Shown one piece after another: positions 46,824 through 54,606 of a DNA stretch of 64,000 nucleotides (position 1 is the stretch's first letter; each line of letters starts with the position of its first letter). A program made the position numbers and the translations under genes. The notes under the pieces were generated by a model. The model worked only from the letters and a program-made list of their open reading frames with translations. It ran no database searches and was not told the DNA's origin. The DNA lies in contig DATLNM010000037.1 in the NCBI GenBank assembly GCA_035536775.1, positions 28,526-92,525 on the forward strand, written 5' to 3'. Origin of the DNA: Actinomycetota bacterium (GTDB taxonomy: Bacteria; Actinomycetota; CADDZG01; WHSQ01).

Positions 46824-47705
46824 TTATGTGAGAGGTGGGCCCAATCGGAGGATGGTCGCCTCGGGTCTGCAGTTGAAGCGGATGGGGGCGTATCTGCCCG
46901 TGCCGAGCCCCGGACTGACATGCAGCCACATCGCCCCGATCTGATGAGGCCCCGCCGCGAGGGCCGCCGGCAGCGTGCAGTTGGTAACGATCGCCCCCAT
47001 CATGGGGACTCGGACCTGCCCGCCGTGCGTATGGCCGGCAAGTGCCAGATCGAAGCCGGCAAGGGCGACGTTCGAGACGAGGTCGGGCGCGTGCATCACG
47101 GCGATGGCGAGATCGTCCCCCGGCATCCGCGTCAGATGATCGGTCCGGTGCCGGCCGAGGTAGGGGTCGTCGACGCCACAAAGCCGGACGCGCCCGAGAT
47201 CGGTCTCCAGCACCTCGGTCGAGTTCGTGAGCGGAACCCATCCCGCTGCTTTCAGGCCTGTCTCGAGATCACCCGTCGCTGCGGCGCGCGCCGACCGCTG
47301 CTCCCGCCCAGGGTGGAGATACTTCAGATAGGTCTCGAATCTCGCCTGGTAGTAGTCGTGCGAGCCGAGCACGTAGAAGCTCCCCCACCGCCCCTCGAGG
47401 CCGCCGAGGGCCTCCACCGCAGGGGCGATCCCCGAGTCGTCGTTGATGAGGTCCCCGGTAGCGATCACGAGGTCGGGTTGGGAGGAGATGCGCTCGGGCA
47501 ACGACCGCACCCAGCGGGCCCTGGCGGTATCGGAGGCGCTGAGATGCGTGTCCGAGACGTGCAGGACGGTTACCGGCGGCACCTGCGCCCCACCCACGAG
47601 CCGGTGCTCGACGAGCCGGAAGAGGTACGGCTCGAGGAAGCTGTATGTCGCCCCGGCCGCGCCCAGCCCGACCGCCGTGCCCAGAAACGTCTTCGCTCTC
47701 ATCAC
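46824..47705 (-). CDS. Metallophosphoesterase (YkuE-like)
   Basis: HVSDTHL, TGDLIND, GSHDYY, LAGHTHGGQV. Confidence 0.88.
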   Translation of the reverse strand: MMRAKTFLGTAVGLGAAGATYSFLEPYLFRLVEHRLVGGAQVPPVTVLHVSDTHLSASDTARARWVRSLPERISSQPDLVIATGDLINDDSGIAPAVEALGGLEGRWGSFYVLGSHDYYQARFETYLKYLHPGREQRSARAAATGDLETGLKAAGWVPLTNSTEVLETDLGRVRLCGVDDPYLGRHRTDHLTRMPGDDLAIAVMHAPDLVSNVALAGFDLALAGHTHGGQVRVPMMGAIVTNCTLPAALAAGPHQIGAMWLHVSPGLGTGRYAPIRFNCRPEATILRLGPPLT

Positions 47706-47733
47706 CCAAGGCTAAGCCAGGCATACTCGCGCG

Positions 47734-49344
47734 GTGAGATTGTCGCTCCGCTGGAAGCTCGTCGGGGGCTTCGGCCTGATGCTCACCCTGATAGCCGTCC
47801 TGGGATGGGTCACTTACGCGCTCTTCGGGTCGTTCCGAAACGTCCAGAGGAAGGTCTTCAACGACGCCATCCCCGGACTCATCGCGGTCGACGAGATGGT
47901 TCGGTCCTATACCGCCCAGTCCGCCGCGGTGCGTGGCTATCTGATCGGTAGCGAGATCGCCCTGCTCGACCAGTACAACAACGAGGTCTCGGTGACCGAC
48001 CTCTGGGACGAGCGCGCGGCATCGCTGTTCACAGCGGCCGACGAGCGGCGCAAGCTCGATCAGCTCGAGGCCGCGGGCGAGGAATTCCAGGATCTCGTCG
48101 ACAACGAAGTCATCCCACTTGCACGCGAAGGAAAGCGTTCACAGGCGTTCCGCGTCCTCAGCCAGGAGGGCACGCCTCTAATCGCGCGCATCGAGACGCT
48201 CGGGGGTGAGCTCGCGAACGCCCAGGACTTGGTCGTCTCCGAGAGCCAGACCGAGCTGAGGTTGAGGGCGAACCAGACCCTCGTCATCCTGCTGATCGTG
48301 ACGGTCTCGGCGTTGGGCATAGGGGTGTTCCTCGCAGTGGTCTTGCCGCGCCGGTTGTCGAGGAACATCTCGAAGCTCGTCGAAGCAACGCGCGCGATCG
48401 GACGTGGTGACTTCAATCAGACGATCGACATCCGATCCGGTGACGAGGTCGAGGAGCTTGCCGGACGATTACGTGAGATGCAGTCGGGACTCCAGAGGCT
48501 CCAGCAGCTCGCGCTCCAAGACAAAGAGCTCGAGATCGCGGCGTCGATCCAACACAACCTCTTGCAACGCACCCTGCCCGACCCGCCGGGGATCAAGCTC
48601 GTTCCGTCGCAGCGCTTGGCGAACCTCGTCGGGGGGGATTGGTACGACGTCGACCTGTCAGGACGCCTCCTCACGGTCGTCGTCGGTGACGCGTCCGGCA
48701 AAGGCATCGCCGCGGCATTGATGGCGACGGTTGCTCTCTCGGTGCTGCGCGCCGAGCGCGGACTCGGAGCGGGGCCCAAGAGGATCCTGGAACGAGCCAA
48801 CCAGGCACTCAAGGACGCGACCGACCCTGAGTCCTTCACGACGTGCGTTTACGCGACGATCGATCACGTCTCGGGTGAGGTGCGATTGCTCAACATGGGC
48901 CACACCTCACCTTTCGTTCTCCAGGCTCACGACGAGGCCGGTCCCCGCGGTTACTACGTGGAGGGCCCCCGGAACCGGGTTCTCGGGTGGTGGGATGACC
49001 CGGGTGTCGTCGAGACGGTTCTGACCTTGAGCCCAGGCGATCGAATCGTCTTCTACACGGACGGCTTCCTCGAGGCGAAATCCGCCGAGGGCGAGGTTTT
49101 CGGAGAGCATCGTCTGGCCGATGCACTCTTCGCCCTCTCCCCGCTCGGGTGCGAGACGATCGTCGACGAGCTGCTGGCAGATGTGGAGCGGTTCGCAGCG
49201 GGTAAGCTCGACGACGACCTCACGATGCTCGTTCTGGAGTTCCGGGGCCTGGAATCTCAGGATCTGGAATCTCAGGGCAGCCCTGCCCGGGCCGGCATCT
49301 CTGTCGAGCAAACAGGAGAACAAGCGTGGCCCAGCAGAAGATAG
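47734..49344 (+). CDS. Membrane sensor PP2C (SpoIIE/RsbU-type) phosphatase with extracytoplasmic four-helix/CHASE3-like domain and HAMP
   Basis: Two TM segments flank a sensor region of about 170 aa. HAMP (RRLSRNISKLVEATRAIGRGDF). PP2C (GGDWYDV, VVGDASGKG, FYTDGFLEA, DDDLTMLVLE). Confidence 0.88.
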   Translation: MRLSLRWKLVGGFGLMLTLIAVLGWVTYALFGSFRNVQRKVFNDAIPGLIAVDEMVRSYTAQSAAVRGYLIGSEIALLDQYNNEVSVTDLWDERAASLFTAADERRKLDQLEAAGEEFQDLVDNEVIPLAREGKRSQAFRVLSQEGTPLIARIETLGGELANAQDLVVSESQTELRLRANQTLVILLIVTVSALGIGVFLAVVLPRRLSRNISKLVEATRAIGRGDFNQTIDIRSGDEVEELAGRLREMQSGLQRLQQLALQDKELEIAASIQHNLLQRTLPDPPGIKLVPSQRLANLVGGDWYDVDLSGRLLTVVVGDASGKGIAAALMATVALSVLRAERGLGAGPKRILERANQALKDATDPESFTTCVYATIDHVSGEVRLLNMGHTSPFVLQAHDEAGPRGYYVEGPRNRVLGWWDDPGVVETVLTLSPGDRIVFYTDGFLEAKSAEGEVFGEHRLADALFALSPLGCETIVDELLADVERFAAGKLDDDLTMLVLEFRGLESQDLESQGSPARAGISVEQTGEQAWPSRR

Positions 49345-49679
49345 ACATCGACATCTCGGACGCGTCGGACTACCGGGTCCTTAAGCCGACTGGCGACCTC
49401 GACGTCTACACGGTTGGGTCGCTGCGCGACGCCATCGGGATGATGATCGAGGAGGCCACGACCAAAGTCGTCGTGGACCTCGACGGCGTGCCGTTCATGG
49501 ATTCCTCAGGCCTCGGTGCACTCATGGGCGGTGTCAGGCGCCTGCGGGAGGCCGGCGGTGACCTTGCGATCGCTTGCACACGTGAACAGCATCTGAAGCT
49601 GTTCAACATCACCGGCTTCGGCGAAGGGGTGTCGATCTCCCCGACCGTCGACGAGGCCGCGAAGGGCTTCCGCGTCTAG
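49326..49679 (+). CDS. STAS domain anti-sigma-factor antagonist (RsbV/SpoIIAA-like)
   Basis: VLKPTGDLDVYTVGSLRDAI...VVVDLDGVPFMDSSGLGALMG (phosphorylatable Ser context DSSGLG). Overlaps the phosphatase gene by 19 nt. Confidence 0.88.
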   Translation: MAQQKIDIDISDASDYRVLKPTGDLDVYTVGSLRDAIGMMIEEATTKVVVDLDGVPFMDSSGLGALMGGVRRLREAGGDLAIACTREQHLKLFNITGFGEGVSISPTVDEAAKGFRV

Positions 49680-49987
49680 CGCTTCTTGCGCGTCGCAGGT
49701 GCCTTACGGGCCGGCGTCTTCTTTGAAGTGGCTTTCTTCGCGGTGGTCTTCTTGGCGGTGGTTTTCTTGGCAGGCGTCTTCTTGGCCGGCGTCTTCGTCG
49801 GTGCGCTCACAACTGCTGCAGGCGCCTCCTCAACAGCCATGAGCTGTTGGGCGACAGGATGTATCACCGGCTTGAGCTCGTCATCGTCGCGCGTCCGGGC
49901 GCGCCGCAGCGTGGCTACGAACAGCATCGTGAAAACGGAGATCAACGCCGACGTCACCGCCACAAGGATCAGCTGCGATGAAGTCAT
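49676..49987 (-). CDS. Single-pass membrane protein with Lys/Thr/Ala/Pro-rich histone-H1-like C-terminal tail
   Basis: N-terminal TM segment SSQLILVAVTSALISVFTMLFVATL, then RRARTR. C-terminus TKTPAKKTPAKKTTAKKTTAKKATSKKTPARKAPATRKKR. Confidence 0.6.
   Translation of the reverse strand: MTSSQLILVAVTSALISVFTMLFVATLRRARTRDDDELKPVIHPVAQQLMAVEEAPAAVVSAPTKTPAKKTPAKKTTAKKTTAKKATSKKTPARKAPATRKKR
49679..49798 (-). repeat. Imperfect tandem 15-nt (5-codon) repeats encoding the AKKT(T/P) tail
   Basis: Plus strand reads ...ggtggtcttcttggc ggtggttttcttggc aggcgtcttcttggc cggcgtcttcgtcgg... Confidence 0.7.
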
Positions 49988-50065
49988 GGGACACTCCTTG
50001 GGCTTGGCGGGACTTATGAAATCGGGCGCCGTGACGCGTCGCTATCTTAGGGGAACGAGGATGTC

Positions 50066-51136
50066 GTGGACGTAGAGGACGCGCTCCGTTCGATAGCGCT
50101 CCCGCTCGTGCGCTTCGGCGGTTTCGCAGCCACTGCTCTCGTCATGGGCATCCCGGCGATCATCCTGCTGGTCCTGCGCCCGAGCTTCTCGGGCCTGGAG
50201 GGTCATGACTGGGACGCGGGCCGCGCAGGCGTCGCAGCTCGCCTCGAAGGTTTCGTGCGAGCGGCTCTGATCTCGTCGGTTGCCACGACTGCCCTCTATC
50301 TCCTGCTCCAGGCGACCGTCGTATCGGAGTTGCGTGACACCGACATGGGCGGGGACACGCTCACGTCTGTCGTCGAAACGAGCTTCGGCCGGTGGCAAGC
50401 GATCCGTTTTCCCATCCTCGCCGGCTTGGCCGCGATCCTCGTCGGCAAGGTCCGCGGTTCACTACGGCCGGGAGGGATGCGCGCATGGTGGGCATTGTGG
50501 CTTGGGTTGGGAGTCGCCCTTACCGCGACCAGCTCGATGTCCGGTCACGCCGCGGTGTCATCTCCTCGCACACTCGCGATCCTCAACGACGTCGTTCATC
50601 TCGTGTCGGGTTCCATCTGGTTCGCCGGGATCGTGGTCCTCGCCGTCGTTCTGCCCGACGGGTGGAGAAATCGCAGTCAGGAGGACGGTGTCAAGTTGCT
50701 CGCGCCTGCCGTCACCGCGTTCTCACGCGTCGCGCTCGTGTCGATCAGCGTCGTTGCGGTGACCGGGACGCTGAACTCGTTGTTCAATGTTGAGTCGCCC
50801 GGCGACCTCCTCAGCTCAGGCTACGGGCGGACCCTCGCGTTGAAGATCATCTTGTTCCTAGGCATTCTGGCACTGGGAGGGATCAATCACTTCGTCCTGC
50901 GCCGCAAGTTGGAGCTATCACTCGCGGGGGGACGCCCGGGAGGCGCACATCGCGCGTTCCGACGGACCATCGCCATCGAGCTCGCGATCGCCATCGGGCT
51001 CATGGCCCTGACCGGTTTGCTCACAGGTCTTGCGCGGACTCGGCCTTCGGTGGCGGTGGGGGTTCCGGGAAGCGCTGGGTCAGTCGCGCTAGACGCGCAA
51101 CATCCACCCGCCCAGGCTTCCAACCAGACCCGCTAG
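50066..51136 (+). CDS. copD: Copper resistance protein CopD family membrane protein
   Basis: 8-TM protein with SGHAA...HLVSGSIWFAGIVVL and the typical CopD C-terminal half (LALKIILFLGILALGGINHF). Confidence 0.8.
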   Translation: MDVEDALRSIALPLVRFGGFAATALVMGIPAIILLVLRPSFSGLEGHDWDAGRAGVAARLEGFVRAALISSVATTALYLLLQATVVSELRDTDMGGDTLTSVVETSFGRWQAIRFPILAGLAAILVGKVRGSLRPGGMRAWWALWLGLGVALTATSSMSGHAAVSSPRTLAILNDVVHLVSGSIWFAGIVVLAVVLPDGWRNRSQEDGVKLLAPAVTAFSRVALVSISVVAVTGTLNSLFNVESPGDLLSSGYGRTLALKIILFLGILALGGINHFVLRRKLELSLAGGRPGGAHRAFRRTIAIELAIAIGLMALTGLLTGLARTRPSVAVGVPGSAGSVALDAQHPPAQASNQTR

Positions 51137-51901
51137 TGCAAGCGCCGTAAGGACGGCCTCACGTTCGACCGGGGGCGGATCGACGGGCGGCGGTGCGGCG
51201 GCAGGTCCGAATGTCGGTGAAGGGGACGGCACGGGCGAAGGGGTGACAACGGTCTCGTCCGGCTCCCGGTGGCCTTTGCCCTCATGCTTTCCGTGGCGTC
51301 CCTCGTGTTTGGGCCGATCGTCCGTGCCATCGTGCTCGCCCTCGTGATCCCCCATGCCGTCGTCTCCGTGGGTCCCGGGGTCGCCTTCGTGGTCGTCGTC
51401 GGAATGATCGCCCATCCCCTCGCCGTCCTCGTCCCTGTCACCATGGTTGTGGTCCGGAGGTTCGGGCTCTTCGTGGCCGCCATGGTCACCATGACCGCCG
51501 GCGCAGGGCGTGCCGGAGTCGACGATGAAGTGGAATTTGCCGCGCGAATCTCCGGTTAGGCCGTTCAAGCTGCGAGCGAGGTACTCGACGACGTAGTGCC
51601 CGCTGGGCCCGTCGGAGATACCGACGCGCATCGTCATCAGCTCAACGGTGACGGCGCGGTCGTCGATCCTCTCTCCGCACTCGTTCACTACCTGCATCCC
51701 CGACGAGGGATCGACAGGCTCGGAGAATGTGATCGACACTTCTGTAGGCGGCGCGGCGACGTGGGAATCGGGAGCGGGATCGCTGCCGGTGCGCTCGGGC
51801 GCAGCCGTGGGCGATGCCGGAGCCGCGGCCGCGTGGCCCGATGCCCACAACGGCACGAGAAGGCAGGTCGCGAGCAGGAATAGGCGGCGGATATCCATCA
51901 T
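51089..51901 (-). CDS. copC: CopC-domain protein with a long His/Asp/Glu/Gly-rich tract and C-terminal membrane anchor
   Basis: Signal peptide, then a CopC-like beta-sandwich (VSITFSEPVDPSSGMQVV...GHYVVEYLARS...GKFHFIVD). His-rich tract at 51257..51493. C-terminal TM segment AVLTALALAGLVGSLGGWML. The start (51901 or 51898) is uncertain. Confidence 0.7.
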   Translation of the reverse strand: MMDIRRLFLLATCLLVPLWASGHAAAAPASPTAAPERTGSDPAPDSHVAAPPTEVSITFSEPVDPSSGMQVVNECGERIDDRAVTVELMTMRVGISDGPSGHYVVEYLARSLNGLTGDSRGKFHFIVDSGTPCAGGHGDHGGHEEPEPPDHNHGDRDEDGEGMGDHSDDDHEGDPGTHGDDGMGDHEGEHDGTDDRPKHEGRHGKHEGKGHREPDETVVTPSPVPSPSPTFGPAAAPPPVDPPPVEREAVLTALALAGLVGSLGGWMLRV

Positions 51902-51971
51902 CTCTAGTACGTAAGAAGGTTCGCCGCCGGATCGAACCAACCTCTCCCGGGCTGCCCCAGACCCCCTCCTC

Positions 51972-52835
51972 TTAACTAAGAGGGGTCAATTCCAGGATCT
52001 CGCAGTCGTCGCGCCAGCGGCGGGCGGTTGCCTCGGGCGCGCCGGGGATGTTGAGTCGCTTCTCGGCGATCCTCTCGGCGATGGCGTCCCAGTCGTCGTC
52101 CTTGGGAAGCACCCGCACGGCCGCAGGGATCTCCCCGACGCGCGAGTTCTTGCCCTTCCACCGGAAGATGATGTCGCAGCGACGGAGCTGCGCCGCGTTG
52201 GGGATGGTCTGCTGTCGTTCACCTGAGATGACATAAAGGGTGCCGCCCTTGTCGTTCAGGTACCAGACCGGCATCGTGCGCTGCACGCCGTCCTCGTTCC
52301 ACCGCAGCCAGATGATCGTGGACTTCTTCAGCGACTCCTGGACCGCGTCGGTCGCGGTGTTGCCCGACACCGATGACATCGGGTCTGCCCAGTCGAGACG
52401 CTCGTCGACCTTGTAGAGCACGTCGCTCCATGTTGTATCGGTCGCGGTGAGGAGATACCAGGAAGCCTGCGTGAAGAACTCGTCGATCGCTTCGGTAGGC
52501 GTCGCGTAGTCGCCATAGTGGGCCAGCTGTATCTCGCCGTCGGGACGTTCGACGAAGAAGAACACCCAGTTGCGGTAGTCGGGCGAGAGGTACGCCTCGC
52601 CCCAGTGGACGTGGGGTTCTGCGATCTCGAGATGTAGACCGATGGACGCGCCGGGGACGTCGGCCTGGAAGCCGGTCCAGTAGACCTGGACGCTCCGCTT
52701 GACGTCCTGCTCGAGCTCCACCCGCAGGATGCCCCGTGCAGCGACGGTCTCTTCCTTCAGGACCCCGTGTTGAGCGATCTCGCGCGCCACGAGGTCGCGG
52801 ATCGCCGCGAGCCGGTCGGTCTCAGTGATGGCCAT
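51972..52835 (-). CDS. Hypothetical cytoplasmic protein, two domains; C-terminal half resembles a split-beta-barrel (PNPOx/deazaflavin-oxidoreductase-like) fold
   Basis: 287 aa with no TM segment or signal peptide. C-terminus STIIWLRWNEDGVQRTMPVWYLNDKGGTLYVISGE.... The fold assignment is only by pattern resemblance. Confidence 0.5.
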   Translation of the reverse strand: MAITETDRLAAIRDLVAREIAQHGVLKEETVAARGILRVELEQDVKRSVQVYWTGFQADVPGASIGLHLEIAEPHVHWGEAYLSPDYRNWVFFFVERPDGEIQLAHYGDYATPTEAIDEFFTQASWYLLTATDTTWSDVLYKVDERLDWADPMSSVSGNTATDAVQESLKKSTIIWLRWNEDGVQRTMPVWYLNDKGGTLYVISGERQQTIPNAAQLRRCDIIFRWKGKNSRVGEIPAAVRVLPKDDDWDAIAERIAEKRLNIPGAPEATARRWRDDCEILELTPLS

Positions 52836-52859
52836 ATACCGACCCTACCTGTCCCCTTC

Positions 52860-52885
52860 GAGCAACCACTTAGCGTTGGTTGCTC
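52860..52885 (-). terminator. 9-bp perfect stem-loop (gagcaacca-N8-tggttgctc) downstream of the SdhC-like gene
   Basis: Read directly from the sequence. Located in the 152-nt gap between 52988 and 52835. Confidence 0.4.
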
Positions 52886-52987
52886 TGCGCCGGCATCGTC
52901 TTCGACGCTGCCTTTGCGGCGCGATCGTCGACGAGATTGAGGATTCCGCCCCCGGCGGAGCCGCGACGATCGCTTGTTCTGGAACGC

Positions 52988-53470
52988 TCATGCGAACGGA
53001 GACGTTTCCCATGCCGATCGCAGCATGAAGAACGCGGCGGGCGAGAACGCGGCCAAGAAGAGGACGAGCTCCGCGTACGCGAACCCTTTCTGTCGCAGCG
53101 CAAGCTTGGGCCAGAAGTCGAACAGGATGATCCGCAGACCGTTGAACGCGTGGTAGATCACCGCGCCCACGAGCATGACTTCGAAGGGCTTGAACCACCA
53201 CTGCTTATAGAGCTCGATCGTCTCGTCGTAGAGCTCGGGTCCGAACCCGATCGCGAAGGTGTCCACGATGTGTCCGAACAGGAACGCGACGACGAGTACA
53301 CCCGTGATCCGGTGCGCCGCCCAGCTCCACTGACCGATGCCGCCCTTGTAGATAGGTCCCTTGGCGGACTTGCGGAGCCGGAGCAGATCGACGAGGAGGT
53401 AGAGCACGAATAGCCCGGACCCCGCGGTCAGCAGGAAGACGAAGCCCTCGATCGCTCGTGCGGCAAGCAT
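52988..53470 (-). CDS. SdhC-like cytochrome b (succinate dehydrogenase cytochrome b556 subunit family), orphan
   Basis: ATG 53470 (the track start at 53563 would overlap the upstream gene). Motifs WAAHRITGVLVVAFLFGHIV and YHAFNGLRIILFDF. No sdhA, sdhB or sdhD nearby. Confidence 0.65.
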   Translation of the reverse strand: MLAARAIEGFVFLLTAGSGLFVLYLLVDLLRLRKSAKGPIYKGGIGQWSWAAHRITGVLVVAFLFGHIVDTFAIGFGPELYDETIELYKQWWFKPFEVMLVGAVIYHAFNGLRIILFDFWPKLALRQKGFAYAELVLFLAAFSPAAFFMLRSAWETSPFA

Positions 53471-53481
53471 CGTGAGGAATA

Positions 53482-54606
53482 TTAGTGGAAGAGCTGCTCC
53501 GATATGGCGAGGAGCCCCGGGAGGTCCACTGCTTCCTGCTCGAGATATGGGACCCGCACCCACATGTGGCTTGGGATCTTGCGCGCTAGTTCCTTGAGGT
53601 TGGCCTCTTCGAGCTCGACCACCCTGCGGAACGACTGTTCGTTCTCGATGAGCTTCGCCAATAGGCGGCCGGCCCCATCCTCGGATTCGAGCTTCGCCAG
53701 CTGCCTGGGCTTGAGCTCTACCGGGTCACCTATCTGGGGATGGACGCGGTTGACCACGAGGGCACCGAAGGGGAGGCCTGATTCGTTGAGGCGAGTCGCG
53801 AAGAACGTGGCTTCGGCGACGGAGTCCTCCGCGGGCGACGTGACGATCACGAACGTCGTTTCGTTCGACTGTAGGAGCCGTGCCACGGCGCGGGCGCGCT
53901 CCTTGAACCCCTCGTACATCCCTTCGAGGTTCCCGAAGAACTCAGCGGTGTCTTCGAGAACCTCCGTCCCGACGATGCGCTTCACGATCTTGAGAAACGT
54001 CGTCGCTGCGACGTTGGCCATCCTCATGACGCCTCCACCCGCCTTCATGTAGGGCAGGAGGAACCATCGGAGGACGCGGCTTTCGAAGAAGTCCGTCATG
54101 CGCTTGGGCGCCTCTAGGAAGTCGAGCGCGTTGCGCGTCGGCGGCGTGTCGATGACGATGACGTCATAGCCACCGTCGGCGTGAAGCTCGTAGAGCTTCT
54201 CCATCGCCATGTACTCCTGGGTGCCCGAAAGCGTTCCGGAGATGTTCCTGTAGAAGCGGTTCGCGATGATCCTCTCGGCCTGCTCGGGCGTGGGTGCGTA
54301 CTGCTGAACCACCTTGTCGAACGTCGTCTTGGTGTCGAGCATCGCGGCCCACAGCTCACCCTTTACCTTGATGCCTGTCTTCTCGAACGTCTTGACGTCG
54401 ACGCGCGTCGGGTCGTTTGAAAGTGCCTTCAGACCCAGTGATGACGCAAGGCGGCGCGCAGGGTCGATCGTCAGGACCGCCGCCTTCTTCCCGTCGATCG
54501 CCGCGCGCAGGGCGATGGAAGCTGCGGTCGTGGTCTTGCCGACCCCACCGGAGCCGGCGCACACGATGACCTCCTTCTCTTGGATGATGCTCGGCAGGAT
54601 GCTCAC
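53482..54606 (-). CDS. ArsA/Get3-family P-loop ATPase (second of a pair)
   Basis: Deviant Walker A VCAGSGGVGKTTTAASIAL, DPARRL, VIVIDTPPT. 4-nt overlap with the upstream paralogue. Confidence 0.88.
   Translation of the reverse strand: MSILPSIIQEKEVIVCAGSGGVGKTTTAASIALRAAIDGKKAAVLTIDPARRLASSLGLKALSNDPTRVDVKTFEKTGIKVKGELWAAMLDTKTTFDKVVQQYAPTPEQAERIIANRFYRNISGTLSGTQEYMAMEKLYELHADGGYDVIVIDTPPTRNALDFLEAPKRMTDFFESRVLRWFLLPYMKAGGGVMRMANVAATTFLKIVKRIVGTEVLEDTAEFFGNLEGMYEGFKERARAVARLLQSNETTFVIVTSPAEDSVAEATFFATRLNESGLPFGALVVNRVHPQIGDPVELKPRQLAKLESEDGAGRLLAKLIENEQSFRRVVELEEANLKELARKIPSHMWVRVPYLEQEAVDLPGLLAISEQLFH

Noticed and set aside
46761-47951. 396-aa ORF antisense to the metallophosphoesterase gene (similar cases: 43396..44202, 59146..59985, 61195..61995, 20547..21116)
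   Set aside because: All are Arg/Pro/Gly/Asp-rich, lack motifs and are mirror images of well-supported genes.
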